A stretch of DNA of 64,000 nt from Octopus sinensis (Eukaryota), in the NCBI RefSeq assembly GCF_006345805.1, contig NC_042999.1:115320001-115384000 (forward strand), read 5' to 3'. Under the pieces are notes generated by a model that saw nothing but the letters and a program-made list of their open reading frames with translations, had not been told where the DNA came from and did no database searches. Position 1 is the first letter of the stretch. Every line of letters starts with the position of its first letter. This document shows, in pieces, positions 11,918 through 23,986 of this stretch. A program made the translations under genes and the position numbers.

Positions 11918-12748
11918 TTGCACATCATCTGCACTTTGTTCCCACATCTCACTACTATGTTGCATTGCAGTTCATACACAAGCATCATGCAATCTACTCA
12001 ATACTTGAAAAGAGCATATTGAACCTTTTCTACTTTGTTTATATTCTTTCTCTTACCTATGCTTTCAGAGCCAAGGTAACAGAAGCTATCATCTACTACT
12101 ATGAAGCCTTTTAATTATTGGGAAAAACTAATTTTACTGCTGTTCTTACAACTAACTACTCCAATGCATCTACCACGTACAAACTATTTTCTCACTGTCA
12201 ACCTACCTGTGATCTCAGTAAACCTTTTGTGCACTCATTGTTCACATTGAATATATCATATGGAATTTCTATCAACTCTTTTTCTGAATATCAAATGTGG
12301 CTATTTTAATGAGGATACCAAGGTCCTCTCCTCTTTCTTATTTACAGAAACTTTAGTCTTTGCTAAGATTACTCTGAGACTATTAATTGTGAGGTTTGTT
12401 TCATGATTCGAATGTCTTCCCTAAATTTTTCACTGAGTCACACACATTCGATGGGCTTCTGTACATTTTCTGTATACTAAATTTCACTGACAAAGCTTTA
12501 TTTAACTTGAAGCTTTAGCACAAGACACTAACCTGAGATACTACACAGTGGAATAGAAGCCTGAATTATAAGGTTTTGCAAACCTGAATCCATAGAGGGC
12601 TAGAAATTTATATGATTAAATGTTTCCACCTTTTTAAATAGGAAACTGTAAATCTCCTTTGATAATTTATTTTTTCCTTAAGACAATTATGACACATTGA
12701 TTTTGATACTAAAGTGAATGCAATGAGAAGCTTAGTAAAAATACTTAC

Positions 12749-12819
12749 CTGTGTTATGAACTGTGAAGTCAATATGTAATGCTGATTCTTCAAGACGAAT
12801 AGTGTAGACCAATTTGAAC
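12749..12819 (-). CDS. G6P 1-epimerase exon: (M)FKLVYTIRLEESALHIDFTVHNT(D)
   Basis: ttttttctAG / GTaagt; 71 nt, phase 2 to 1; F.L.Y...L....L.....V.NT pattern. Confidence 0.92.
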
Positions 12820-12934
12820 CTAGAAAAAAATAATAGAAAGAGGATTCCTGTTGATCAAGTTTGAACTAGACTATATTAATAATTATACATATAGTGGGAA
12901 GATGACTCCTGCTGGTATGTGAATCAAGAAATTT

Positions 12935-13134
12935 ACTTTAGTTGATGGCATATAAGATACACTCTCCCCCTCCTCCCCAAAAAGTCTCATGAAAATGAAC
13001 TCTGGTACTACATGCAAAATTGCTTTAAATATTATGTGCTTTAATGTATAGAAAACTTCTTTCCTGAATATGTGCTACTGAAATTGGTGTGTGCTTCATA
13101 TACTCATGTGTCTTTTATGCCATTGAATATGGTA
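12935..13134. mobile_element. Tigger/pogo-like MITE remnant
   Basis: Inverted ends gatggcatataagatacac / gtgtcttttatgccattgaatatggTA. Confidence 0.5.
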
Positions 13135-13654
13135 ACTGCTAAATCTATTTTGTAAAAAGACACAAATAAAGACTAATTCCTCACTATCATCATCATCAGT
13201 ATCAATGTTTTAATGTCCATTTTTCTGACTTGTGGCTTTGATGGTATTTCTCATACAGCCTTATGCTACTCATTTTTGTTTTTCTGCATCTTTTCCCCAC
13301 ATCTTCCCTAGTCTTCATTTATAGTCAGCCTCCGTCATCTTAAACTTAATCCATCACCTGGTTTCATGCCATTACTTAACAATTGAATATATTTAGTGGA
13401 ACCCACTCTGTTGCAAGAATTTGGACTAGATCACTGGTCTGGATCATGGGTGCTGCCTTTCATTGTCCATAAAAGAAGTAACCTCATAGTGAACTGATGC
13501 TACAACCTAGTTTTTATTTTTTGTTCAAATGATTTCCTTATGCCCCAAATGTTATAAGGAAAGGCGTGACTATTATAACATCCTTTGACCCTAACTTGAA
13601 ATATATGGCTTTGTGCCTATTCAGTATTAAAATTTTTGTAATGCTAGATATGCC

Positions 13655-13728
13655 CACGGGCATATGGCATAGTGGTTAAGAGCGTGGGCTACTAACGACA
13701 AGATTCCGATTTCGATTCCAGGCAGTGA

Positions 13729-13785
<57 letters not shown>

Positions 13786-13968
13786 CAACAACAACATTAA
13801 AAAATACCTTAGGAGTGAGAACCCAGGTTCAAAATTTCCCCAAGATACCTGATGAAGGCTGGAGGGTATATCAGCCGAAACGTTGTGTTAACAACAAACA
13901 AGATGAGCACAAATATCCATTAAATGTAAATAATGTACATAATTCCTCATCTCTTAAATATAGAACTG
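13655..13968 (+). mobile_element. tRNA-headed SINE with internal (AAT)n and a hammerhead-containing tail
   Basis: A box TGGCATAGTGG (13665-13675), B-box-like GATTTCGATTCC (13708-13719), (AAT)n/(AAC)n 13733-13795, then a tail carrying the hammerhead motif. Confidence 0.8.
13844..13889 (+). ncRNA. Minimal type-I hammerhead ribozyme motif
   Basis: Stem I GAUAC/GUGUU; core CUGAUGA(+A); stem II GGCUG/CAGCC; GAAA; palindromic stem III ACGU; UU cleavage site after 13884. Confidence 0.72.
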
Positions 13969-14978
13969 TATCATAGTTTTATTTGACAAAATAGAATAGT
14001 AGCTGTAACAATATTAATTTTCATTTATAGCCATGATAATTGTTAAGTACCATATTTACTCATGTGTAATATACCCCACTTTTAATAATGAACAAAAAAA
14101 TTTTTTTTTGTTTTGTATTATGATATATGGGGAAAAAGTGTTGAGTTAGGTATATTATAATTGCTGCAGAAGCTAAATTGACAAAAGCTCACTTGTCTTA
14201 AATGAAACAAAAAGTAAATTCAAAAATGACCTTTGAACTTTACTGATGTAAGTTATAAACATGCAACTGTTGTAAAGTCATATCTGTGCAAATGACCTGA
14301 TTATGTTTCAAGAAAATCAATTTGATTTTGATAATGATAGTGTAACAAAATAAGTATGTATTCAATATAACTGTTCACTTTATACAGTAATTCACACATA
14401 GTTGTGTTGTCACAGGAAAACAAAATATCATCATTTGTTTTCTTTAAATTACTCACTTTATAATATACTTTTAAAACTGGACTGCAGATTTCCATGTTTT
14501 CAATATCAAACATTCAGGATCTCACAAAAATTTATTTTTATGTATTTTTTTCTTTTTTACAAAAAAGAAAAAAATTTTTTCAGAGTTAGAATCCTAATTG
14601 GAAGAGTGTTTTGGTTTTTTCAGAAAGTTAAAACAACAACAAAGCTTTAAATCACTATCTCCAGTGTTTGCATGTGATTTTGTGGGACATAAATTGTGTT
14701 GACACAATAGGCAGATAGCATCTATTTATTGTATGGATTTTTGACAAAACCCAAGAACGGAAGGAACATAACACTATTATGGTGGTATAAACTTTTTAAT
14801 ACACATCAGTTAGCTTGAATAAAACATATAACTTATTTCCATTTGTACTATACACTTGGGGCAGGAGAAAAATGAATATTTAATTCTCATGCACCTTAAT
14901 TCTTATGTTTCAAATACAAACTGAAGCAGTTCAGACATAATTGATAACAATATTTTGAAAGAAAGACGAATATATATA

Positions 14979-15050
<72 letters not shown>

Positions 15051-15057
15051 GACTTAC

Positions 15058-15131
15058 ATTATATTCCACATTGCCCTTGATAAATCATTATCTTCCAAAC
15101 TAAGAGCAGCAAATACATTTCCATTTTTATC
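15058..15131 (-). CDS. G6P 1-epimerase exon: DKNGNVFAALSLEDNDLSRAMWNI(M)
   Basis: atcatttAG / GTaagt; 74 nt, phase 0 to 2; fills the expected L.D...(T/S)R..W segment and links the phases of both neighbours. Confidence 0.88.
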
Positions 15132-16701
15132 CTAAATGATAAAAATAAAATAGGAAAATTTTTACTCAGAATTTTACTGATGTAACAATCTAAAAATAGT
15201 AAGTAAAATCCATCTTTAAGGATTTTATGTTCAATTTTCATTTTCAGATTAATAACTGTGTCACCCTTAGCTCAATGTTTGACATTTATTGATTTGGATA
15301 GCATTAAGGAAAGGGAACTTCCAGCTGTAAGAATTAAGTGCTTCAAGCATTCATATAAAAAATTCATATTTTATGCTGTGATGGAAAAATTAATGAAACC
15401 AAAAAACAAACTAAAAAATAGTTTCCAATGAATTCAATTTGTGACCTGGTTTTGATAAATAGTCATAGCTATTTCACTTAAATCATGTCACTAAACACCC
15501 CACAGGAAAACACAAATATCACAATGGTTAGTCATCCTAAAAGACATTGTGATAGAAATTTTGAGAAATATACTTAGAAAAACTTTGCACCTACACTAAA
15601 TGAATTTACAGATATTATTTCTTTTCTTGCAATAATAAATAAGAATTTTGATGATATAAAAAATTAATGCAACAGTAAATGTTTTCTGAATTAGAAACCA
15701 GCTGAAATTTGTCAAATATAGTTTGTAACAACCCTTAATATTCTGAAACAAACCATAAAACAATTGCAATACATTATAAAATCATTCACATTGTCACCTG
15801 CATATGGAAAACACAGAAATTCAAAAATAACTTTTGTATCAACTGTTTCTTTAAATTTAGATTTTGTGGTGGCCTGTCTAAATTACAGTTGTCCTAGTTG
15901 GGTCTTTTTACTCATTCCTGCTTTAAAAAGGCATTAATTGTCCAGGAAACATCTAACTAGATTGGAATGCTTGCTATTTCACCTTTTGAGGAATGTTTAA
16001 GTCCCTATGATCAGAAAATCCTTCTGTTGACATACATATACTGTATGAGAATTTCAACAGGCATTAGGTGTTGATGAAGACAGGTGCTGAAGCTATAGTA
16101 TTCACAGTAATTTCTTATTAGTGATGTGTAGGCAAGTGCACATTCTTGCAGCTCACAGCTTTAAGTGATCTGCAATTCTAGGTCAAATTTAGGCTGAGAT
16201 GGTTGGAACATTAGGCACTTAGTACACTTCATGCAACAGAGTTGATGAAACATCTATCTTCACCTTCTATTCTGCTAAGTTAGTGAAAATGAGCAACAAC
16301 TGTCAAGAGAATTCTTTGGACATTGGAAAATATATACAGGACAACTTTATCCAGACCACTTTCAGACTATGGATATTTCCTTTGGACTGGCAAGTCTTTT
16401 AAGATGGCAATTTAGAATAAGCTATACAGGAATGGAAATATAATCAGCTAGATATGTCCATGATGAAAGGAGAACATTAAACCTGTCTGTTATGTACTCA
16501 TTTAAAGCCTATGAATTGCCTGTTCATGAGCTAATCTTGCATAGTAGATGGCTGTATGGTTAAAAAGTTCACTTTATAACCACAAAATTTCGAGTTTGAT
16601 CCCACTGCATGGTACCAAGTGTCTTTTACGATAGCTTTGTATTAATGAATACCTTATGAGAGTATTTTGATAAATGAAAACTGTGTAGAAGTTTCGTGTA
16701 T

Positions 16702-16757
<56 letters not shown>

Positions 16758-17806
16758 TTGTGTGTGCGCACGTTTGTGTGTGTGCGTGTGCATGTGTGTT
16801 ACACACACATATATATCTATAACACAATTAAGAATCTTTTTTATATGTATATGTATATATGAATATAAAACTGCTGAGCTTCATATGTTGATGCTAAATA
16901 GATTTAAAAAAAAAAAAAAAAGAGAGACACCATGATGCAAAATACATAAATTTCCTTCAGGCAGTCTTTTTCTTCTTAGTGGCGCTTTTAAAAGAAGTAA
17001 TGTAGTTGTTGAAACTGAAATAGTTGGGTTAAGACATCTTCTCTGACAAGAGCCTGTTTTCTATTGAAGGTTTTATCAGAGGTAAAAAACTTAACTGAAT
17101 AAATTCCATTTATTTTTGTTTTTTTCTTCCTTTTATTTGAGAGATTTTGTATATATTATACATTTATTTATAAGGAAATTATTTTTCCGTTATTTATCAT
17201 ATGTAAACAGATTTCTGTGCTTTTCAATGTAACATGGTTTCTGTTTTTTCATTTTTAATTTTATTTTTGTATCTTATTATGTTATTTTGTTGTCTGTTAT
17301 AATAATGCTTAAATGTTCTCTCGATAATCTTGAAGCAATTGAAGAAAATATTTTTGTAATTATTGTGACTTCCTCAACTTTAGCTGCAGCTATATCTTTC
17401 ATGTATTGACTCTACAATCCAAATCCATCTATATTGAGTCAATATCCAAGGTAAGTCAGAAGTTCCTCTAAATTTTAAATAACATATAAAATTTTTTCTA
17501 TATTTTGCAACAATTTTGTTTATATATATTTTTAATAGTAATTTTGTTGTGAATATCTTTTGACATATATGTATGTGTGAGTGTGTATATATCAGCATGA
17601 ACAAGAATGGAGAAAATCACATCTTTATTTGATGCCTACACCATACATTATTGACAAATGTTTCTATTGTACCAGCATATATAGAAAAAAGGTACAAAAT
17701 ACGAGAAAAATCTACATGTCCAAAAATTTATACTAATACGATTTTATCAAGGTAATGTGCAAAATTCAAAGTGAACTGAGATAATATCTCTAATACATGA
17801 ACGCAT

Positions 17807-18184
17807 CGTTGCACTCCGTTGGTTACGATGAGGGTTCCAGTCGATCTGATCATTAGAACAGCCTACTTGTGAAATTAACGTGCAAGTGGCTGAGCACTCC
17901 ACAGACACATGTACCCTTAACGTAGTTCTCAGGGAGATTCAGCGTGATACAGAGTGCGACAAAGCTGGCTCTTTGAAATACAGGTACAACAGAAATAGGA
18001 AGAAAGCATGAGAGAAAGTTGTGGTGAAAGAGTACAGCAGGGTTTGCCACCTACCCCCCTGTCAGAGTCTCGTGGAGCTTTAGGTGTTTTCACTCAATAG
18101 ACACAGCACCCAGCCTGGGAATCAAAGCTGCGATCCTTCGACTGTGAGTTCACTGCCCTAACCACTGGGCTGTTGCGCCTCCAC
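17807..18184 (-). mobile_element. tRNA-derived SINE (family C), full length
   Basis: Head GGAGGCGCAACAGCCCAGTGGTTAGGGCAG...TTTGATTCCC; TSD ACATGAAC(G/A)CAT at 17795-17806 and 18185-18196. Confidence 0.85.
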
Positions 18185-18210
18185 ACATGAACACATACAA
18201 AAAGAATGTT

Positions 18211-18815
18211 AAGAAATATAGTATTGTAAGAAAAGCCAGTTTAATATTTAAACTTATGATGGTGTCAGTAGATGATGAAAGAATAGAATATAAGCTTAGA
18301 AATTCTGTCATGACATTTAGTTATCCAGCTTTTAAGATTTGCTAAAATTAAAAAAAAAATATGCTTATTAGATTATAGGAAAAGCAATTATAATTATGAT
18401 GTTATTTACTATTAAAATATTTAAATGTTCTTCTATAGTTATGGGAACATTTCAATGTAAGAATGTTTCTACAACTTAAAAATTTTAATTTTGAAATAAT
18501 TATATAATACATTTTTGCTAGACAAAGATCACATTTAAAATTACTTGTATCATTATGCTCCATTGTACAATATGGTAATTTCAAATGTGATCTTTGCCCA
18601 AAGAATTTAAATATTTCAAAAGTAAATAACACCTTAATAATAATCGTTTTTCCTATAATCTAATAAATATAATTTTTCTAATTTTTTTAGACTATATTAA
18701 TAGCAAGATAACTAAATGTCATGATGTAGAATATATTTTAAATTCTTTTGTTATCTACTGACATCCTTATAAGTTCAAATACTAAACTGGCTTTGCTTAG
18801 AATATTACATTTCTT
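18211..18815. repeat. Long imperfect inverted repeat (arms about 18211-18430 and 18600-18815) with an inner hairpin 18522-18597
   Basis: For example aaaagccagtttaatatttaaacttat vs ataagttcaaatactaaactggcttt, and ttattagattataggaaaa vs ttttcctataatctaataa. Confidence 0.85.
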
Positions 18816-19590
18816 CTTCAAAATCGTTGATGTGGCCGATGACAGTACCACCTGATTGGCACTCGTGCCAGTGGAACATTAAAAACACATCCGAACATGG
18901 GTGTAACCAGTCCACTTATGAGTACCATTCATTCATTGGACAATGAACTCTGCTTGTGAAGATCTATTGAGGCAAATGAAAACAAATCAAAATCTCTGAC
19001 ATGGGTGATGACAGTACTGCCTAATTGGCACTTGTGCCAGTGGATTGTTAAAAGTACATTCGACCGTGATCGTTGCCAGGGACTTGGACTGGCTCCCGTG
19101 CCAGTGGCACATGAAAAGTACCATTCGAGTGTGATTGTTGCCAGCGTCGCCTTACCAGCACATATGCTGGTGGCACATAAAAAAACGCATGGTTACTGCC
19201 AGTGCTGCTGGACTGGCTCTCGTGCAAATAGCATGTAAAAATCATGGCATGTAAAAAGTACCATTCGAGCGTGGTCATTGCCAGTGCTGCCTGACTGGCT
19301 CCCATGCCAGTAGCACATAAAAAGCACCATTCAAGTGTGGTCAATGGCAGTACCACCTGACTGGCCCTCATGCCAGTGGCACATAAAAAGCACCCACTAC
19401 AGTCTCAGAGTGGTTGGCTTTAGGAAGGGCATCCAGGTGTAGAAACTTTGCCAGATCAGATTGGAGCTTGGTGCAGCCTTCTGGCTTGCAGCCCTCTGTC
19501 AAACCATCCATCCCATGCCAACATAGAAAGTGGACATTAAATGACAACGATGATGATGATGATGAGATGCATATATATTTATATATATAT

Positions 19591-19998
19591 AAAAGAAGAA
19601 AAGAAAATGGAAATTAGGAAGTTAATAATTGTTTATTATTAACAACAAATTTGTCATCTTCACTTCTTACAGCTGTTTCAATGATCTAATTACAAATTTG
19701 CACATTAAATTTACATTTATGTGACATGAGTATAATTTTATCAGAGGAAAAAAAATGTACCAGTGGATGTTATAGTCTACTGAAATGAATTGATAAGCCC
19801 ACATATAACATCCACAGGTACATCATTTTACCTCTGATGAAATTATACTCATGTCACATAAATGTAAATTTAATGTAGAAATTTGTAATTAAATTATTGA
19901 GTATTAATTGAAACAGCTGTAAGAAGCAAAGATGAGCAATTTGTTAATAATAATAAACAATTATTAACTTTCTAATCTCCATTTTCTTTTCTTCTTTT
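19591..19998. mobile_element. Foldback of two inverted Penelope-like terminal repeats, each carrying a hammerhead motif
   Basis: Arms of about 185-195 bp, loop 19775-19803; right arm has CTGATGA (19834-19840)...GAAACAGCTGTA (19910-19921), left arm has the reverse complement with CTGATAA. Confidence 0.75.
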
Positions 19999-21479
19999 AA
20001 ATGGATATAAACTATATCCTTTATATATACCTATTATTTTAAGAGAATTTCATTCCCCCAAAATATTAGGTATTGAACCAGTATTTCCTTGGATGCAACC
20101 ATCCCTTCATGAGGTTAACATACCCATATACCCTCTAATTAAATTGCATATATATATATAAATATATATGTATATATATATAACAGGTTGAGAAGTGGAC
20201 TTCTTAACTAAACAGCCATGTCTGCAATTTTTTACTTACATGTGTGTGTGTGTATTTATGTATGTTAAATGGACTTTTGAATCACTCTGTATATAGAATC
20301 TGTTTTGCGAGGATAAAGTAATTTGATTTATTTTCAATAGTTTCCACTTTCTAGCTTGAATTAGTACTTTTTTTATTGCAAACATTATTATCTCTAATAC
20401 TGCTACTACTACCAAGGCTACAGTTTGATAATTTCCTCTTCATACAGATTAGCAAGTAATAAGCAAGCAAACAGAAAATACTTTTACAAAGACATTAAAT
20501 GTCCAACATAGACTAGTTTTAAAGAGAAAATAAATGCAGCAGCTTATTTAATTAGGTAACCTAATCTGGTATAATCTACAAAGGTTGAATGTTATCATAT
20601 GAGGAAACTGTACTTGAACTTTCTAAAATGAAGAAGAAGGCTATCTCACTGATCATATTTATGGCACTGCTGGAAATGGTAATAGTGAGAGTCTAGCTAG
20701 GTTAAGAAAGAGAAAAGGATAGAAGGCATTTAGTGAGCAGTTACCTCTATTCATAAAAAAAGTATTTCTATCTCTGAGGAAAAGGAAGACAAAATGAAGC
20801 ACATGTTAAGAAACTGATGATGCTATTTAGTAATACTGAATGTGGAAGATCTGAAGAGAGTGTAGAGAAAGGAGATAAATATTCTTTTCTACTCTAGGCA
20901 CAAGGCTCAAAATTTTTGTGGAAGGGGCCAGTTGATTAGATCGACCCCAGTATGCAACTGATACTTAATTTATCAACCCCCGAAAGGATGAAAGGCAAAG
21001 TCAACCTTGGTCAAATTTGAACTCAGAACATAAAGACAGACGAAATACCACTAAGCATTTCACCTGGCATGCTAATATTTCTGCGAGCTCGCCACCTTAA
21101 ATGAAATAAATATTATCCATTGGATTAGTAACATTAACATATATGGTGGTCAGAAGTACAAGCAGACTGAGGGAGCATTTGAGTATTAACAATGTTAGCT
21201 GATATGTGTAGTTGAACATGAAAAGTGAATAGATGAAGAATGCTAGATAAGAGAAAAAAAAAGGGTGGTGTTATGACAGTGAGAGGTAGTTATCACAGTG
21301 GAAGACTGAGAAATACATAAGAAGAATCATCAGATTCAGATGATAATGCAGGACTGAAATGCATCAGAATGTTAGCACTGAAAACCATTACAATAGCACT
21401 GCTGCTGCTGGTCTCAAAAGTAACTGAGACAAAGAATTACTGAAATAACTCCAAATGAGGGGGGGGGGGCTAGAATCAA

Positions 21480-22240
21480 AAAGCTAACTAAAACTTTTAT
21501 CTTTCTTAGAGTAAACCCAGCAAAGATAAACTGTCATCTGGAAAGCAGCCATGCTTGATGTACAGAAAAGAGAGTAGGAATGATATCATAGTGTACCCAA
21601 TGTCAATTATGGGCCAACAGGAAATGCAGAGGAATCACATATAAGTTGGCAGAGAGGAACTTCATATGTTGTTGGTGTGCAGCTGTATTTAGAAGAGAAC
21701 TCATAAAATAAATTGCTTCATTATCAGAGGTGTCCCCAGAAGTTGTTAACAGCTTTTGTTACCAAGGTGATCAAGTTAGTAAAGGAGTGTATTTCAAATG
21801 CCTTGTAGCCAGAGTTAGAATGGGCAGAAAATGCTCAGGGAGCTGTTATCTCTGTTGGAAACATAGGGATTCTCTCCAAGTAAAGGGTAATATGTATGAT
21901 GCATGTGTATAAAGTGTGATGTTGCATGATAGTGAAACAGGCATTGGATGTGGAAGATATATGAAAGTTGGATAGAAAAGAGGCATGCATGCTTTGCCAG
22001 GTGTGTAATGTTAGGGTGCAAGAATGACAGAGAGCACAAATGAGCTGAGATAAAAACTGGGAATATAAATGTGGTATGCTACAGAGAAAAGTGAGCTACT
22101 ATGGATATACAATATATTGATAGGATGACAACTGGGGAAAAAAAAAATGCACATGATATAAGAGGGAAACCGGAAAAGAATTAAGGAAGACATAGGAAAA
22201 AGTATTGAAGGTAGAAACTCCATAAGATGTACCCAGTGTA
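21480..22240 (+). mobile_element. Highly decayed RTE ORF2 fragment directly upstream of a younger copy
   Basis: EVVNSFCYQGDQVSKG...VARVRM...QVKGNMYDACV parallels the 22295 ORF. Confidence 0.7.
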
Positions 22241-22289
22241 AGCTATGGACATATAAGGCATATCAAAGGAAGGTTAATTGGGAAGATAC

Positions 22290-23400
22290 TTTTTGTGTGG
22301 GGTAAATGCTCAGGAGAAGTAAACACTGAAAATGTGCAGAAAACAGTTTCCGTCACATTCCAAGGGAAAAAACTACAAGTAGTTGATAGCTTCCATTACC
22401 TAGGTGACCAAGTCAGTAGTGGGGGTGGATGCTCTGAAAGTGTAGCTGCCAGAATAAGAATAGCCTGGGCAAAGTTCAGAGAGCTCCTACTTCTGCTGGT
22501 GACAAAGGGCCTCTCACTCAGAGTAAAAGGTAGACTGTATGACACATGTGTGCAAACAGCCATGCTACATGGTAGTGAAACATGGGCTGTGACTGCTGAG
22601 GACATGCGTAAGCTTGCAAGGAATAAAGCCAGTATACTCTGCAAGATGTGTAATGTCAGTGTGCATACATGACAGATTGTAAGTGCCCTGAGAGAAAAGT
22701 TGGACATAAGACATATCAGATGTGGTGTGCAAGAGAGACGACTGTGCTGGTATGGTCATGTGTTGCATATGGATGAGGACAGATGTATGAAAAAGTGTCA
22801 CACCCTAGCAGTAGAGGGAACCTATGGAAGAGGTAGACCCAGGAAGACCTGGGACGAGGTGGTGAAGCACGACCTTCGAACATTGGGCCTCACCAAAGCG
22901 ATGACAAGTGACCGAGACCTTTGGAGATATGCTGTGCTTGAGAAGACCTGGCAAGCCAAGTGAGACCATAACTGTGGCCTATGCCAGTGTAGCATACTCG
23001 GCCTCTTTAAGAGTACTCTTCAATCATTGGGCAATAAACTGCGCTTGCGAAGACCTGTTGAGGCAAGTGAAATCGTTGTTGTGGTCAATGACAGTACTGC
23101 TTGATTGGCACCTGTGCCAGTGGCATGTTAAAAGCACCATTCAACCATTGCCAGTGCTGTCTGACTGGCTCCCATGCAGGAAGCACATAAAAGGCACCAT
23201 TTCAGTGTGGCCGGTGGCATGTAAAAAGCACCCACTACACTCTTGGAGTGGTTGGCATTAGGAAAGGCATCCAGCTGTAGAAACTTTGCCAGATCAGATT
23301 AGAGCCTGGTGCAACCTTCTGGCTTGCCAGCCCTCAGTCAAACTGTCCAACTCATGCCAGCATGGAAAGCGGATGCTAAACGATGATGATGATGATGATG
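22290..23400 (+). mobile_element. 5'-truncated RTE-clade LINE: C-terminal ORF2 (stop 22963), 3' UTR and (GAT)n tail
   Basis: VVDSFHYLGD...ARIRIAWAKFREL...KGRLYDTCVQTAMLHGSETW...RRLCWYGHVLHM...GRGRPRKTW; one internal stop. Confidence 0.92.
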
Positions 23401-23903
23401 GATGTACTGATACCTATTTTCTAAGCAGCTAAATTGAAGCAGAGTTAAGAACATAGTGATTTGTGACATAGAACAAGGTCAGAAAATTTGGCAGATGGTA
23501 TAGAAGATTAGATGAACCTCTGCAGTCTTGAATAAACTATGTCTGAGAAAAAATATAAAAAGAAAGATGGAATGGTTATAACTGGAACACCTTTGACCAT
23601 AGGTCTGCCAAATCAGAGCTGTTCTAGAGCTAAACAAAAACAGCACCTATTTATTTATTTATGGTATCATGCAGAACTTTCTATAGATATGCAAGATGAA
23701 GTAATAAAGTAATAACTTTCTACAATCAATTCAGGAATAAGTCAGTAGACATTAAAGTGGCACTGTTATTGATATTTCTGCCAAAACCATCAATATTAAA
23801 CCAATATGCTATCACTTTCTGTTACACAACAGTGATAGTGATGGTGTCAGCAAACAGTTAAGTTCAAATATTTGAAACAGATGTTTGAAAATAGTTCACT
23901 TAC

Positions 23904-23986
23904 CTTTTTAGGTTGCATTTCAACTTTCCACCGTAAAACGCGAGCAAAACCATGCTGTGGTCCATACTTCCAAGGTCCAAATTTAG
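23904..23986 (-). CDS. G6P 1-epimerase exon: (P)KFGPWKYGPQHGFARVLRWKVEMQPKK
   Basis: atcttcAG / GTaagt; 83 nt, phase 1 to 0; signature QHGFAR..W. Confidence 0.95.

Larger units (their letters stand above)
10255..12250 (-). mobile_element. Old RTE LINE fragment split by the 10584-11917 insertion
   Basis: Right part translates DACV*TAMQHSSEMWEQSADDVQ; left part reads RKRLRKT*AVMVRTDFMMLNLTKEMA. Both are collinear with the RTE copy at 22290-22963. Confidence 0.65.

Noticed and set aside
11191-11965. Overlapping 124-203 aa ORFs on both strands
   Set aside because: They arise from the GC-rich 49-bp minisatellite and RTE tail; cyclic frame-shifted peptides, no domain or splice support.
13655-13730. 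tRNA gene
   Set aside because: A/B boxes are present but there is no proper acceptor stem or T-run terminator; it is a SINE head. The same applies to the other SINE heads.
14301-14513. 70-aa intronic ORF / C-box ATGATGA as snoRNA
   Set aside because: No acceptor or homology, and no D box or terminal stem at a suitable distance.
16574-16935. HT/CV/YI/RE-repeat ORFs here and at 29719, 33341, 34200, 36529, 46943
   Set aside because: Translations of dinucleotide or trinucleotide microsatellites.
17035-17090. Hammerhead-like CTCTGA...TCAGAG segment
   Set aside because: The core is mutated and the strand is ambiguous; excluded from the hammerhead counts.
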